From assembly GCF_009914755.1 (NCBI RefSeq), contig NC_060933.1: 64,000 nucleotides of DNA; one strand, given 5' to 3'. Source of the DNA: the human T2T-CHM13v2.0 reference genome, Homo sapiens. Position numbers and translations under genes: made by a program. Of the stretch, positions 45,703-60,483 are shown in pieces. Positions within the stretch are counted from its first letter, which is position 1. Each line of letters begins with the position of its first letter. Under the pieces are notes generated by a model. That model saw nothing but the letters and a program-made list of their open reading frames with translations. It ran no database searches and was not told the DNA's origin.

Positions 45703-45900
45703 TCATTCATTCACTCATTCAGCAAATACTTGTTGAGCGCTTACTCTGTGCCAAGTACTTGATATGCACAAAGCAAAGATTCCCCACCCTCATGAAGTTT
45801 GTAGTGTGGTGAGAGAGATCACTTACATAATGCATAATTAATAGGTTAATTATTGGGGATGTTAGAAGACACAAGTGCTATGGAGAAAAGAAAAAGTCAA
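45703..45900 (-). mobile_element. L2 3' end
   Basis: TCATTCATTCACTCATTCAGCAAATACTTGTTGAGCGCTTACTCTGTGCCA. Confidence 0.75.
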
Positions 45901-46478
45901 GCAGAGTAAAAGAAATCAGAAATGGCAGACAAGGGTTGAAGTATCAAGGTTGAAGTATTAAGTGGTATGAATAGTTTTAACATTTCGTAATGGAAACAGT
46001 CAGAAATGTTTAATGTGACCCATTCCCAGGCTGTCTCCAAATGCACCACCACCAACTCATTATAAAGTTGTCCAGATAAGAACTTCAAATTGGAATTATT
46101 TAACTTGGATAATTCTGGTTATTAAATGTAACTATTTAACATTGTATAGGATGACATAATTGAGTGATACTTCATAGAGTTGTATAGCTTTCGAAGTGAA
46201 AAAGGTCTAATTAGAAAACTAATGACTTCTCATCTCATGGGTAAGAAAATTAGACCCTGAGAATTTAGGTGATTTGACCAAAATCACTGAGTCAGTAAAT
46301 AGCATAAAAAGAACTAAAATGTAGTTTTATCAAAAAAGTATTTTCTGTAAACACAAATTTCAATTTTTTTGTAATGAGTTTACTTCTCTATTTCCTGTTT
46401 ACTTTTTATTCCTAATGCCCACACAATTAGGGAATTTCATTCCCAATTCATCCTGTTTCTGCCTGCCCTGCTTATTTA

Positions 46479-46481
<3 letters not shown>

Positions 46482-46513
<32 letters not shown>

Positions 46514-46516
46514 TGT
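46482..46516 (+). repeat. (TG)n microsatellite
   Basis: Near-perfect run. Confidence 0.95.
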
Positions 46517-49022
46517 CCTTTAAGGTGTTTCTTTATGCAGATACAAGAAAATATGAATATATTATTTAATCACTTGTTAATACAAAAATAACATGTAGAT
46601 ATTGCTCTATACTTTCATTTACTTGTCTTTTAAAAGAGATTCCTTACCTATTTCCTTAAATTCTGCAGTTCCTATCTTGCAGTGAAGGATATAATACTAG
46701 CAATGATCTTTTCTTAGTAGAGATTGAGACTATGGAACAGAGTTCTTTAATCAAGGTGCAGATAACAGAAAGCCTGACTTACAGAGATCCAAACAAATAG
46801 GCATTTTATTCTTCTCTTACAACAGAATCCCTGAAGTCAGTGGTTACTGGCATTGAGTCAGCAGTTCAGGAATGAATCAGGGACCTGGATCTTGTTTTCT
46901 CATCCTACCATTCTTGAAAGTTGGCTTTTACCTTCTTGCTTGCAATTGTAAAAGCCTATTGTACCTTTAGGCATTATCTACATGGATGGAGAGAGGTGAT
47001 GAAGAGGCCCCCTCCTCAATCAAGTTTGCATTATTGTTCAGGAAAGAAACCCCTCCCTGCTAGCCCTCCCATTACACTTCACTGGCAAGAGCTGAGTCAC
47101 ATGCCCACTCTTAGATCAATCACAGGCCAAGAGGAATACAATTATCTTAGCCGTATAAACCAATCAGATATATAGGGATGCCAATTTTTTGTAATGGTTG
47201 CATAGTATTCCATTGTACAGAAATAAGTGGTTCTCTATTGATGGACTTTAGATTGCTTTCAATCTTACACTATTGCAAGCTATGCTGCAATGACTATTTC
47301 TGGAATTATGCTATTTTGCACAATTGCTACTTTATTTGAAAAAAAAATCTAGAAGTACAAATTATTTTAACCAATTTTAAATGGAAACAATGTTCCAAAA
47401 TACGTAGTGCACAATGAAACATGATGACATGTTTATGAACATTATTTTTAGGTTGATTGATCTGATTTAATGATGTTTCATTCATTGATTCAACAATTAT
47501 TTTTAGATTCACTACTGTAGAGAGAGCTCTGTATAATTTCAAGGAATACAACCATAATCTTTGCTTTCAAAGGACATAAAAGTTTGAGAATTTAGCAGGC
47601 TGAAGTTAATTAATTTAAAACTTTTTCTAATTTAATGTGTGTTTTACTATTGATAATGTTCAAATGGAGGCAATTAATCGACCTTTTTCTCCCTAAGGTG
47701 TATATAATCATTTTTCCAATAGGGAAAAGCAATCCTTCAAAATTTTAGACACTTTACTAAAATAACTTATCAGCCTTAGGGTTGCTATTAATATATTAAT
47801 TTTGTCATTGTTATGGTGACTTCAAATAAGTCTAGTTTGCAGTTTGACACACTGATTCCTCTGGGGTTTTTTCTACACTTTAAGGTTTCACTGTGCTTCC
47901 TTGGATATAAGTTTTGTAAAACAGTTCCTGAAGGAGAGGGAACAATAGCCCAACTCTTAAAGAACAAAATATTATTTTCAAGATTTTTTTGCCACATATT
48001 TTTCAGGAAAGAATTCAGAAGTAAAGGCATTCGTTAAAATTTTTTCAAACCTAAGTGTAGGACACTAAAGACACCCATTCTACGAAATTGACACTTACAG
48101 AGCTGACAAATTGCATAAAGGGTCTTTGTGGATATTGATACTAGTTATGCAGACAAAAGAGGCTCTCCACCAAGAATTTATCAAGGGAGTCTACAGAAAA
48201 ACTAATTGCCCAAATCTCAGAATATTCCTAGCTAGTGTTGTTAAGGAATAAATAATAACAAACAATTAAGACACCAAGTATAAGGAAACAAATATCTTAA
48301 GGTTACAAAAGCAATTCATCTAAATTGAGGACCTCCATGAAGAGGGTTTGAGTCAGATCTAGAGCTGTAGTCCAGATTTGAAGTGAATTGCTAGTTTTTG
48401 TAGAGCCAGGGAAAGCCCTGGCTTCAGAACGGTGTTGTGATTGGGAGCATAGTGATGGCTGAGGATAGGATGCTGTGGATCATATCCTCAGCATTTGATA
48501 GTGGAAGCATCCCATGAGTCAATGATTTACCTTCTGAGTCTCAGTTTCTTCAGCTATTTGACAAAGATAATATGCCTACTTTTATTCAAGACCTGAACAA
48601 AAAGAATCTAATGTAACTACTAGACAATCTGCAATGTGTTGAAACTTGCATATGAGTATGCTGTTTGGTTTTTGCTGGGCACCTTGGTTAGCATATCACT
48701 AAAGACTTTCCCAGGCCTGACCTGAGCCTTCTTTTCCAGCACCACCTGTCTTTACACCTTACCTCATAAATTTCACTTTCAGGAAAAAAAAAAAAACTCC
48801 CCATAATGCCACATCGTAGTTCCCCATGCTGTTTCACATCTCTGTTCCTCTTGCCTGGAATACTTGCTCTGTTTTCCTCATGACTAGCTCAAGGGTAACA
48901 TCCACCAGTGGTGTTTTGCTCACCACTTGCTTTCTCACAGGGACAAGTCATGCATGTGCATGTGTACCCATGTGTGTTGGGAATGGGAAGAGGAAAGATG
49001 GCAGGAAATGGGCAATGAGGCT

Positions 49023-49417
49023 TGTTGTGGTTTGAGTTTGTTCCCCACAAAGTTCATGTGTTAGAGACTTAGTGGCCATTATAACACTATTAAGAGGTGA
49101 AGCCTTTAAGAGGTGATTAGGCCAAGAGGGCTACATCCTCATGAATGGAGTAATGCTGTTATCTTGGGAGCTGGTTAGTTATTGAGGGAGTGGGTTCTTG
49201 ATAAAAGGGTAAGTTTGGCCCCACTTCCTTCTGTCCCACATGCTTGCTTGCTCTCTGCCATGGGATAATGTGGCATGAAGGCCCTCACCAGAAGCCAGCA
49301 CCATGCTCTTGGACTTCCCAGCCTCCAGTACCATGAGCCAAATAAAGTTTCATTTGTATAAATTACCTAATCTGTGGTATTCTGTTATAGCAGCAGTAAA
49401 CAGAGACAAGTAAAACA
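49023..49417 (+). mobile_element. MSTC/MSTD-type MaLR solo LTR
   Basis: TG...CA termini; perfect TSD AGGCT. Confidence 0.9.
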
Positions 49418-49964
49418 AGGCTGAAGAGGTCTTTCAAGACCAGATTGAGAAGGGCTTTACATGTTACAGTAAGGAGTTTTACCTAATATTATGGGCAAAA
49501 TCTTAGGGAGGTTACAGAGTATTTTAGTAATGAGAGGATCAGATATTTTTTATTTAGGAAATGATCTGACTGCAGTGAGGAGGATTGACTGGAGAGAAAG
49601 AAAATGTCACAAATCCAAATAGGGCTTGCCAGACAAAGAAAAATTTCACTATACATTGTCTTCTCCTCTCCTTTGGAGTTTCCAGAAGTTAGTGGGTTTG
49701 TGCATGGGTCCAGTGAGGGTGGTATTTCACGGGAATCCTGGAGACTTATAAAGCATCATGAAGTGAGTGTTGGGGTCCCTGAGGCATGAGTCTAATTGTG
49801 GCAGCCCAGCCTCTCCCCAAGGTCTGCTCTCAGCCACTCTCTCTTTACAACAGAAGATAGAGGACAACATTAATATATTCTAATAATAAAAAATAGAGGG
49901 AAAGCCATATAAATAGGGGAAGACAGCAAATGAAGAAGGAGCATGCTTAGAAGGGCAGTTACCA

Positions 49965-50298
<334 letters not shown>

Positions 50299-50331
50299 TC
50301 ATCACCTCTCTGCCAGTGGCTTTTCCTTTTA

Positions 50332-50507
50332 CAGTAGTCCTCAACTCAAATTTTAGAATGCACTGGAATCATCTGGAGGGCTCATTAAACCATAGACTCA
50401 GTGATTCTGATTCTATAGGTTTAAAGTAGGGCCAATAATTTGCGTTTCTAACAAGGTCCCTTGATAGGCTGATGCTGCTGGCCCAGGAACCACACTTTCA
50501 GAAACAG
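50332..50507 (+). mobile_element. MER5A
   Basis: TTTGCGTTTCTAACAAG...GCTGATGCTGCTGGCCCAGGAACCACACTTT. Confidence 0.85.
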
Positions 50508-50588
50508 TCTTATTTTCTCTCTTGAACACCTCAATAACATAGCAGGGTAGTATTAACAGAAGAAGAAACACTTATTGAAGAATTAAGT

Positions 50589-50925
<337 letters not shown>

Positions 50926-52119
50926 TCAACTAGTAAGTAGGAAACAAAACTTGGAAGTCAGATTCTGTTGGGCTTGAAGTCCACACTTTTTTACCTCACA
51001 CTCCTCTTTCCTCCACAGATGTCTTGAGACAGAGGACAGGGCAGAGGAAGCTCCCAGCTATTTCCTTTCCATCAGGGTCCAAAGTACCCACAGCACAGAA
51101 ATATGAGGGTGGAGTTTAAAGGAAAATCTTGTACCTCTGAGCATTTCTTTTTCTCCAGAAACCATTTCAACTCCTTGAGTTCCTCACTGTGGCCCAGAAG
51201 GTGATATCCAGATACTTGCATGTGCTCAGATAATATCTCCTCTGAGGGAGGCACAAAATGAGCATCCCACTTTTCTACATGCAAGATAATGCCTGGAAGC
51301 GTGTGATCTGTCCACATGCATCTTGCCTTGTATGCCTTTTCAAGCGAGTTCCAGCCTCCCTCATGCTTACATCACTTACCCCCAGCACTTCCAAGTGATT
51401 TTATAAGGAATCGCCCCACTGTGCTCCCTGCAGGCCTTTCCCCATTTTTCATAAATATTTCTACATGCTATAGATGTCCCATCAAACCCTGTTTCCAACT
51501 TTGAATGATTTGTTTGAATGCCTTCACTTGCTTTTGTCCACTTCGGGCTAGAACAAAAAGAAAACAACAAAACCAAAAAATTAAAAAACAAAAACAAAAT
51601 CACCCTGGAAAAGCATTTACTTTGAATATACCTGTGCTTTGAAATTAATTGTTTTATCTATAGGTAATAAGTATGTAAAAAGCCAAGATGCTGCTTTTGA
51701 CCAAAGGAATCATTTAAACCCAACGTTTCATTTTTACTCCTTTCTGAAAGGTAATATTCAACTTACAAAGAGGGCAAGGTTTGCATGAGGAGACTTTAAA
51801 GTCTTTCTATGTTATTTATACTGCGTATGTTCCCACATTGCAATCATCAAAAGAAGGCTAGTTCTCCCAAGATTTTTTTTTCTACATAAGATATTGTTGT
51901 TTTTCAGGGTTTTTTGTTTGTTTGTTTTTCTGAGTAAGGAGGTAGTAAACATCAATAAAAAATTTTGCCTAAAACAGACCTTCATAATCCTCCCAAATTT
52001 TCAAACTTACTTCACCAGTATAGTTTCTATGGACTTAGTAACTTAGTATTCACTGAGTTAGGCTTGTTATAATTTCATATTCCTTGACTTTAGGTGGCAT
52101 TTTTGTCCATGTGGGGTTT

Positions 52120-52379
52120 AATTTATTTATTATTATTATTTATTTTTAGACAGGGTCTCACTGGGTCACCCAGGCTGGAGTACAGTGGTGAGATAGTTGT
52201 TCACTGCAGCCTCCACCTCCTAGACCCATGCAATCCTCCTGCCTCTGTCCCCCAAGTAGCTGGGACTACAGGCATAAGCCATCACCCATGGTGAATTTTT
52301 GTATTTTTTTAGAGATGAGGTTTCATCGTCTTGCCCTGGCTGTTCTCAGACTCCTGATATCTAGCGATCTGCCTGGCTC
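52120..52379 (-). mobile_element. AluJ, 5'-truncated
   Basis: TSD TGTGGGGTTT at 52110-52119 and 52380-52389. Confidence 0.9.
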
Positions 52380-52740
52380 TGTGGGGTTTTAAAGCCATTA
52401 CACTGTATACAGTTTAGGTGAGGTTAAAAAATAGATATAGGTGAGATTAGGTGAGGTTAAAAAAATATAAATCTAGATTTTAAAAATGTAATGCATTCTT
52501 CCTCTTCCTCTCACTTTTCTTCTTGTCTCCTTCCTTCTTTCCTTCTTACCCTTCCCACTTTCTCCTTGTCCCTTTCCCTGTCCTTTCAATCCCTTCCCTA
52601 ACACTTCAGCCCAAAAGCTATTCGTCAGGGCCGAGCAAGACACAGTGGGGAGGAGGGCTGCTCAGTTTCACACGTTAAAACTCCAGTAAGATGAAGAGGG
52701 TTCTGTGCTAAGGTATGGTGGTGATGGGTGGCCCAGCATG

Positions 52741-52927
52741 TAAGGTTGCCAGATTTAGCAAATAAAAATACAGGAAGCCCTGTTAAATTTGAATTTCAGA
52801 TAAACAGTGAGTAATTTTTAGTACAAGTATATCCCATGCAATATTTGAGACATACCTATATAAAATAATTACCGTTTATTTGAAATTCAAATTTAATTGG
52901 ATGTCCTATATTTTATCTGCCAACTCT
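52741..52927 (+). mobile_element. MER53, full-length palindromic MITE
   Basis: GGTTGCCAGATTTAGCAAATAAAAATACAGGA...TTTTATCTGCCAAC; the two halves are reverse complements. Confidence 0.92.
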
Positions 52928-54283
52928 GTGTCTGAGCCCAGTGTGGATGGGAAGAGCATTCACATGGGGAAGGGGCAGAGGGGGCAGCAGGTTAGCATGG
53001 GGTGCCAGAGCCAAGCAAGATGCCAGGGACATCCCCAAAAGAGAAGGACAAAGGCCCAAGAGATTGTTTATGCGCCTGGGAATTGATCAAATAAGAAAAT
53101 GTATTGAGGAAAATTTTGAAGATGGGAGTCACAAATTTGGAGTGGGAGAAAACTAGAATGAAACATGTTATGGGACTGATTGAGCTTAGAGATACCAGTG
53201 TGAACATATGGTTGATAACTTTAAAATGCCATATGTACATATTTGCTTTATATTCATAGAATGCCTCTAGTGCACAAAAGAGTTGCAGCAGTGTTTATCT
53301 CTAGGTAGTAGGAGTGAGTAGTGGCTGGGGCACAAGGTGGAAAAATTACTTTTCCTTATTTTCCTTTGCTACTTTTAAAATTTTTAATTTATATTTAATT
53401 TATTTTTTAAGTTTAAATTTTAAAATTTTTAATTTAAATTGTGCTGTGTACATTATCTGTACTAGAAAATGTATTTTTAAAATATTTATGCATTAAAAAA
53501 TAAAACTGGCTTTATTTCAAATCAGAAACCTTAGAGATTTTCTAGACCAAATTCCTGTATCCTTGAGGTCACAGAACCAAATATAGTAGTGAGAAAGGGC
53601 TCTGGATTCAAATTCTGATGCTGTCACATGGCAGCACAGTGCCCTTGCCTCTCCGAATGTCGCTTTCTCCCACTATAGTACAGAGCACAAAGCAAGGGCT
53701 CTGAAGTCAGCCTGCTTGAGGATGAGTCCTGTTCAGCTTCACCTTGTCCCATTGCATGATCTTGGGCAAGTCAACTGGCCTCTTTAAACTGCAGACTTTG
53801 TTATGATTGCATTAGCTTTATTCCATCAAATCCAAGAAGCCCTGGGCTGTTTAAAATGCACAATTATTTTATGTTCTACTAACAACTTTTTTAAGTCCTA
53901 GAATTTATTGTAAGTTGTCAACCACTGTGAAATGCAGGCTGATTTCAGAGACATTAAAATGTGAAAAACATTCATCTTAGAATCAATGTAGTATGATCGC
54001 ACTTACCAAAGGCAAAAAAATAACAGAAAAAGAGGTTCAATGGTAATTGAGAAGTAAGTGGACAGAAGTGAAGAATATCAGGCTAGCATCCAGTAAACAT
54101 TACAGATGGGAGAAAAAGGGAAGTGAAGATACAATGGGAGGTAAATACTTCAATCTTTGCACAATTTAGATCAAGAAAATAAAAACATTTTGCAAGCACT
54201 TGTAAACAAACAAAAAATATAAACAAAATAGAATTGGGGTTACCTCCCAGGAAAGGCTGCACTGTTGTCAATAATGTGACCAA

Positions 54284-54557
54284 GGCGATGGCTCAAATCC
54301 CAGCACTTTGGGAGGCTGAGGCGGATCACTTGAGCCCAGGAGTTGAAGACCAGCCTGGGCGACATAGTGAAAGCCCATCTCTACCAAAAAAAAAAAAATT
54401 AGCCAGATGTGGTGGCGCACCCGTAGTCCCAGCTACTTCGGGGGCTGAGGCAGGAGGAACACTTGGGCCCAGGAGGTTGAGGCTGCAGTGAGCTGTGATC
54501 TCACCAAAGCACTCTAGCCTGGGCAACAGAGTGAGATTCTGTGTCTCTAATAATAAT
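54284..54557 (+). mobile_element. AluJ with (TAA)n tail
   Basis: TSD AATA(A/G)TGTGACCAAG at 54270-54284 and 54558-54572. Confidence 0.92.
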
Positions 54558-54861
54558 AATAGTGTGACCAAGAACGGAAACCCACTCCCTACCTTATAAT
54601 GACATGTTACCAAGAGGCAGCAGATGTGTAGTTCTAAGTTGGGCACGGAAGCAGGCAGCATTGAGGACCAGCCAGTTGAGTTGGGGTATAGACTGCCTCT
54701 GGGCTTGCACCTGGGTGAAGTCAAAAGAGATAATAAAAAGGGGATTTGGGGAGGTCTGTAAAATATGTAACTTAAGGATGAATGCCTGAGAACTCTGGGG
54801 GAACTCTGGGCCTGCTTAATTCTCCTGTTGACCCTGGTGAGACACAGAAATTTTCAAAAAG

Positions 54862-54985
54862 AGCCAGACATGATGGTGCGTCTGTGTAGTCCCAGCTCCT
54901 GCGGAGGCTGAGGTGGGAGGATTGCTTGAGCCCCTGAGTTCCAGATCAGACTGGACAACATAGCAAGACCCCTTCATTTAAAAAA
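54862..54985 (+). mobile_element. FLAM/free Alu monomer
   Basis: Single monomer ending CAACATAGCAAGACCCC. Confidence 0.8.
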
Positions 54986-54993
54986 ATGTTTTA

Positions 54994-55342
<349 letters not shown>

Positions 55343-56630
55343 TTAATAATATGGCTCTGTACCTAGTTGGCCTTCACTATCCACCAACTAGTCAGCACTC
55401 TATACCGGAACTGAGTCCTGGAAGGAGGGAACCATGTATTGGTGGCAGACAGTGGCACTGTTCAGTATCACTGCTTGGGAAGAGGGGAGTCCTGATTTCC
55501 TCGGGAGGGTCAGGGAGGGTGGGGTTGGGGAGTGGAGTGTTGAAGAGGGAGTAGACACTTACCTCATAGAGGTGTTGTAGGAATTAATAACATCACCATG
55601 TCTGGTACATGGTAAGTGCTCAGTAATGCTAGCTATTGTTAAATGAAAAAAAAAAGCTTTTTATGCCATAAAATGCTATGCAAATATTTATATTGTGTAA
55701 TTTTTTAAGCACCGTCAAGATTAGATCCTGATTCTTGAGACTTGCGATTCAGACCACTTTGCAACATGCCACACTGTGCTTATTTCATGTACTATTACTT
55801 TAAATTGAACTCTTTTTCAATAAACTGCATTATATATACTTGTTCATAAACAATATTTTTGTGCATGGGTGCTGTGTATCTTTCAGATATTTCCATAATA
55901 TATACACACAATGTAACACAGAAATACAGATTTTTCTTTTAAAGAGCAAAGCTTCAGCAGTTTCTCTTGAATTTTATTCTGTCATTTGACTACATTATAT
56001 TTCTGATGTTCAATTTGTACTGAGTACATTATGGACTTCTCTAGGGAACAGAAAGAATTCTTTTAAGTAAACATAAAATGCTTTGATAAATCAAAACATG
56101 CGAATGAGATTTCTGTTAAAAATGTTCCAATCTGTTTTGAGACTTGAAATAAAGCTGTCTTTAACATAATAAAACCTGTTAACCTAAAGGCAACAATAAA
56201 ATAATAATAATAACTCATTTGTTATAGAAGTAATGCATAGGGCTTATTTTGAAAGGTTAGTTATATTAAATACAAAGGGAATCTTGCTATAAACCAGTTG
56301 TAAAGAAACTTAAAAGCTGTTAAGGTCTATGCTATCTGACTTAAGCTGACAATAAGTATAAGTTTTTGGAATTCATATGTAACCATTTATATCATAAACT
56401 AGCCATTATGTCTCTCATGTTGAAAAGTCAATCATATTCTAAATATTCTGGAATCTCACCTCAGTGCTAGCTCCATAAGAACAGGGACCTTGCCTTGCCC
56501 ATCCACAGCTGTATTCCCAGCAACTAGAATAGTGTCTGCCATAATAGGGTTCAATAATCCTAAATGAATGAACAATATACATAGATTTTTGAAGATTTAA
56601 GAAATCTCGACACTCAAACTTTCAAATATA

Positions 56631-56923
<293 letters not shown>

Positions 56924-57305
56924 ATCCCAAAATAAAAAACAGGTAGTTGGGGAATGATAATTTAAAATACAAAATGGTCCTGTGAGCTTGCAAGTTTGAT
57001 CTAGGTCAAAATGTAGTGGAACAGAGATCTGAAAATCTCAACTCAGCTGACTAACCAGCTGTGTTTAGTAAGCTATGAAGCTGTGCCATTTAACTTCTCT
57101 GAGTTTCCGTTTCTTCTTGCCCTCTAAAATGACTGGAGGTGAAAGGAGGGAAAGATGGCTGGAGCTAATGATTCTAAGGGCCCTTCTAGTCCCCAAATTC
57201 TGTGAGATATAAAGCCCCACCCCAAGGCATTTATGTGTACGTTTACACCTTTTTACCTGAGATGAAGGCAGAGAAACTAATAGCTAAGTCACCCAAAATT
57301 GGCAA

Positions 57306-57660
57306 TGTTGTAGAGACTGTAGAGTGGCCTTCAAAACCTGTTCTCCCCTTCCTCCTGTGCACAGAGCTAAGCTACATTTCCCCTTCTCCTGTGCAATGAG
57401 TTGTGGCCATGTGGCCATGTTCTAGGGAATAGAGTGTTAGCAAGTGGTATGCACCACTTCCAAACCTGGCTCATAAAACCTCACATGTATGCACTGCCAA
57501 ACTCTTGCCCTTCCAACAGTCAGGAATGATGAACTCCACCCCCACCTCAACACACACAGCCAGAGTGACTTTAGAAGCCACATGTTGAACATGGTAGACT
57601 CACTATCAGTCTGAATTACTGAATAACTTCATGCAGTAGAACACCTACTCCCTTTCTCAC
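57306..57660 (+). mobile_element. MLT1J-like LTR fragment
   Basis: GCTACATTTCCC...GTGGCCATGTG...CACCACTTCCAAACCTGGC.CATAAAACCTC. Confidence 0.7.
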
Positions 57661-57744
57661 CCCCAGAAAATTTGGGATACAATTCTCCATGGGTCTCTCA
57701 GGTTTTTTTGTTTTGTTGTTGTTGTTGCTGTTGTTTTGCACACC

Positions 57745-58262
57745 CTATGAGCAAAAGCACTCAATCCCTGCAATTCTTGACTCAAGGCTATTAAAAAAAG
57801 GCATAGAATCCCTTTGTTCTGGGCTGTCTTTTCAAGAAAGTTTGTGTAGTGAACAAACTTGAAAGATAGATAGGGTCTCCCTTGGAAGCAAAGGACAGAT
57901 TTGTTTACTGTACCATATAATAAAGATGATATCTCCCTATGGGGCAAAAGGCAGCTATGCTTCCAGCTAATTTAAAAAGTTGTGGGTTCTCTAAGCTCCA
58001 GCATCCTTAGCTTTGGCATAAGCTCTCTCCATGAGCAGCACTCACCAGGGACAATCCATATTGCTCCTGTGGGACTTGGGCGACTTGGGGGAACTGACAT
58101 AAACATGAAGCTTATGTTGCTTGCTATGGTAGGAGTAATAAAGTCATTTGTCTCTGACCCAAGAATTTCATGTCTTCTGCCAACTTCCATGAAACTATTA
58201 TGGGCTAACTTGTAGTAGGCTTGCAAGTAGAATAAGATCCCAGACATTCATAGTACTTGACA
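57745..58262 (+). mobile_element. ERVL LTR (MER76-like)
   Basis: AATAAAGTC.TTTGTCTCTGACCC...GCTTGCAAGTAG...CTTGACA end. Confidence 0.65.
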
Positions 58263-58496
58263 CCTGCTTACTTTCTCACCCTAGAAAACCCCTGGACTCA
58301 TATGAATAACACATTACAGTTTGGGTCTATTTTTACAACCAGTGCAGCAGCAGTCACATTCCTATTAAAAATCAACAAGAAGTTAGAATAGATTACCTTA
58401 TATTTGTCAAATAATAAGATGAAATTTAAAAATATGAGTCTGTTAAATGAGATATTCATATTAACTGAATACTTTTCAAAATGTATCAAAGGGTAC

Positions 58497-58880
58497 TGCT
58501 ATGGTTAAAATGTATGTGTGCCTTCAAAACTCATACATTGAAACTTAATCCCCAGTGCAATAGTATTAAAAGGTGAGGACTTTAGAAGGTAATTAAGCCA
58601 TGAGGATTACACTCTCTTGAATGAAATTAGTGCCCTTATAAAAGAACTTAAGGGATCCTGTTTGATCCTTTTTGCCCTTTTGTCCTTCCATCCTTCTGCC
58701 ATGTGAGGACACAGCAATAAGTTGCCTCTTGGAAGCAGAGGTCCCTAACCAGACACCAAATCTGCTGACGCCTTGTTCTTGGACTTTCAAAACTCCAGAA
58801 CTGTGAGAAATAAATTACTATGACTTATAAGTGACCCAGTCTAAGGTGTTATGTTGTAGCAGCCCAAACAGACTAAGATA
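58497..58880 (+). mobile_element. MLT1A/MLT1A0-type solo LTR inside a MER103-like hAT relic (~58468-59140)
   Basis: TGCTATGG...GACTAAGATA; perfect TSD GGTAC. Confidence 0.85.
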
Positions 58881-59236
58881 GGTACACTAGTCCTGTAAGG
58901 TATCTGGTGAAAATAATGTCCTATGTTTACATGTTTTGCAATACATTCACTGTTTTATATCTCATCCCCCTTCCCTGGAGAGTCACAATGCACATTAGCT
59001 TATTAACGATTCTGAGAAACCAGTAATAAGAAAACTGTTTGCATTATTTAACCAGTAGCATTTCCTGCACTTTTTCAGCATAACCCCTACTGACATTCTA
59101 TGCAATGATTGTCCATGGAATACACAGGGGGAAGAAATGCAGGGTTAGATCATTTCTAAAATCCCTTTATGCATCTATGATCCAAATGTCTGAAAATAAG
59201 TAGGAAACACATTTATTAGATAAATATGAATACATT

Positions 59237-59400
59237 CAGTGCTTCTTAAATTTTAATGTGCAAACAGATCACCTGGGAATCTAGTTAAAATGCATATTTT
59301 GATTTAGAAATCTGTGTAGGACCTGATATTCTGCATTTCTATAGAGTTCTCAGGTGATGTCAATGCTGCTGGTCTACAGACCATTCCTTGAATAGCAATA
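59237..59400 (+). mobile_element. MER5A
   Basis: CAGTGCTTCTTAAA...ATCACCTGGGAATCT...TCTGCATTTCT...GGTGATG..AATGCTGCTGGTC. Confidence 0.85.
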
Positions 59401-59504
59401 CTCTAGACAATATAGAATCTAAAAAATAATGGTTACATTTGTGGTTATTGTTTTAAGACATGTAGCAAACTAATCAATAAGAATATGTTACTACAAATAA
59501 GTTT

Positions 59505-59797
59505 GGTTTTGCTTTATTTTTTTAGAAATGGGGTCTCTATTGCTCAGGCTGGTGTGCAGTGGAACAATCATAGCTCACTTCAGGCTCCAACTCTTGGGCT
59601 CAAACAATCTTCCACCTCAGCCTCCCAAGTAACTGAAACTATAGGCACACACCACCATTCCTGGCTAATATCTTAAATTGTTTGTAGAGATGCAGTCTCA
59701 CTACCCAAGCTTGTCTTCAACTCCTGAGCACAAGTGATCCTCCCATCTCAGCTTTCCAAAGTGCTGAGATTACAAGTATGAGCTACCACACCCAGCT
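59505..59797 (-). mobile_element. AluJ
   Basis: CAATCATAGCTCAC; TSD-like AAATAAGTTT on both sides. Confidence 0.9.
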
Positions 59798-60119
59798 GTA
59801 AATAAGTTTTAATTATATATTTAAAGAAACATGGTCCCAATTTGTTGCTTCATTTTAGACAACTCGGGGGTGATTTCAGAATTTCTCAGAAATTCAGAAT
59901 ATGTTTACTTAGTAGAAAATTTGTTTATTCCTGATAAATTCAGGAATATATTTACTTAGTAGAAAAATGTATGAGAATCAGTTTGGGATTCTGCACCATT
60001 GTGAAGCCTTGTCCCAACTTAGAAATTTGCATAGAGACAGGTCTTCTACAAAGACACAAATAGCCTGTGAGTCAACCCAGCAGAGGGAATTAATCTGGCC
60101 ATATTTTTACCTATGCGCT

Positions 60120-60483
60120 TGATATGGTTTGGCTGTGTCCCCACCCAAATCTCATCTTGAATTGTAGCTCCCATAATCCCCACTTGTCATAGGAAGGACC
60201 CAGTGGGAAGTAATTGAATCATGGGGGTGGGTTTTTACCCACTGCTGTTCTCATGATAGCCAATAAATCTCACAAGATCTGATGGTTTTATAAAGGTCAG
60301 TTTCCCTGTACACACTCTGTTGTCTGCTGCCATGTAAGACATGCCTTTGCTCTTTCACCTTCTGCCATGATTGTGAGGCCTCCCTAGCCATGTGAAACTG
60401 TGAGTCCGTTAAACCTCTTTTTCTTTATAAATTACCCAGGCTCAAGTATGTATTCATTAGCAGCGTGAAAACAGACTAATACA
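60120..60483 (+). mobile_element. THE1 (THE1C-like) solo LTR
   Basis: TGATATGGTTTGGCTGTGTCCCCACCCAAATCTC...GACTAATACA; TSD GCGCT/GTGCT. Confidence 0.93.

Noticed and set aside
51019-51200. Strong + strand acceptor at 51018
   Set aside because: Only a weak donor (AAG|GTGATA) follows.
52414-52464. Short direct repeats (also ~33903-33953, 45934-45959, 53373-53435, 57403-57420)
   Set aside because: Ordinary slippage duplications, two copies only; not a CRISPR-like or periodic array.
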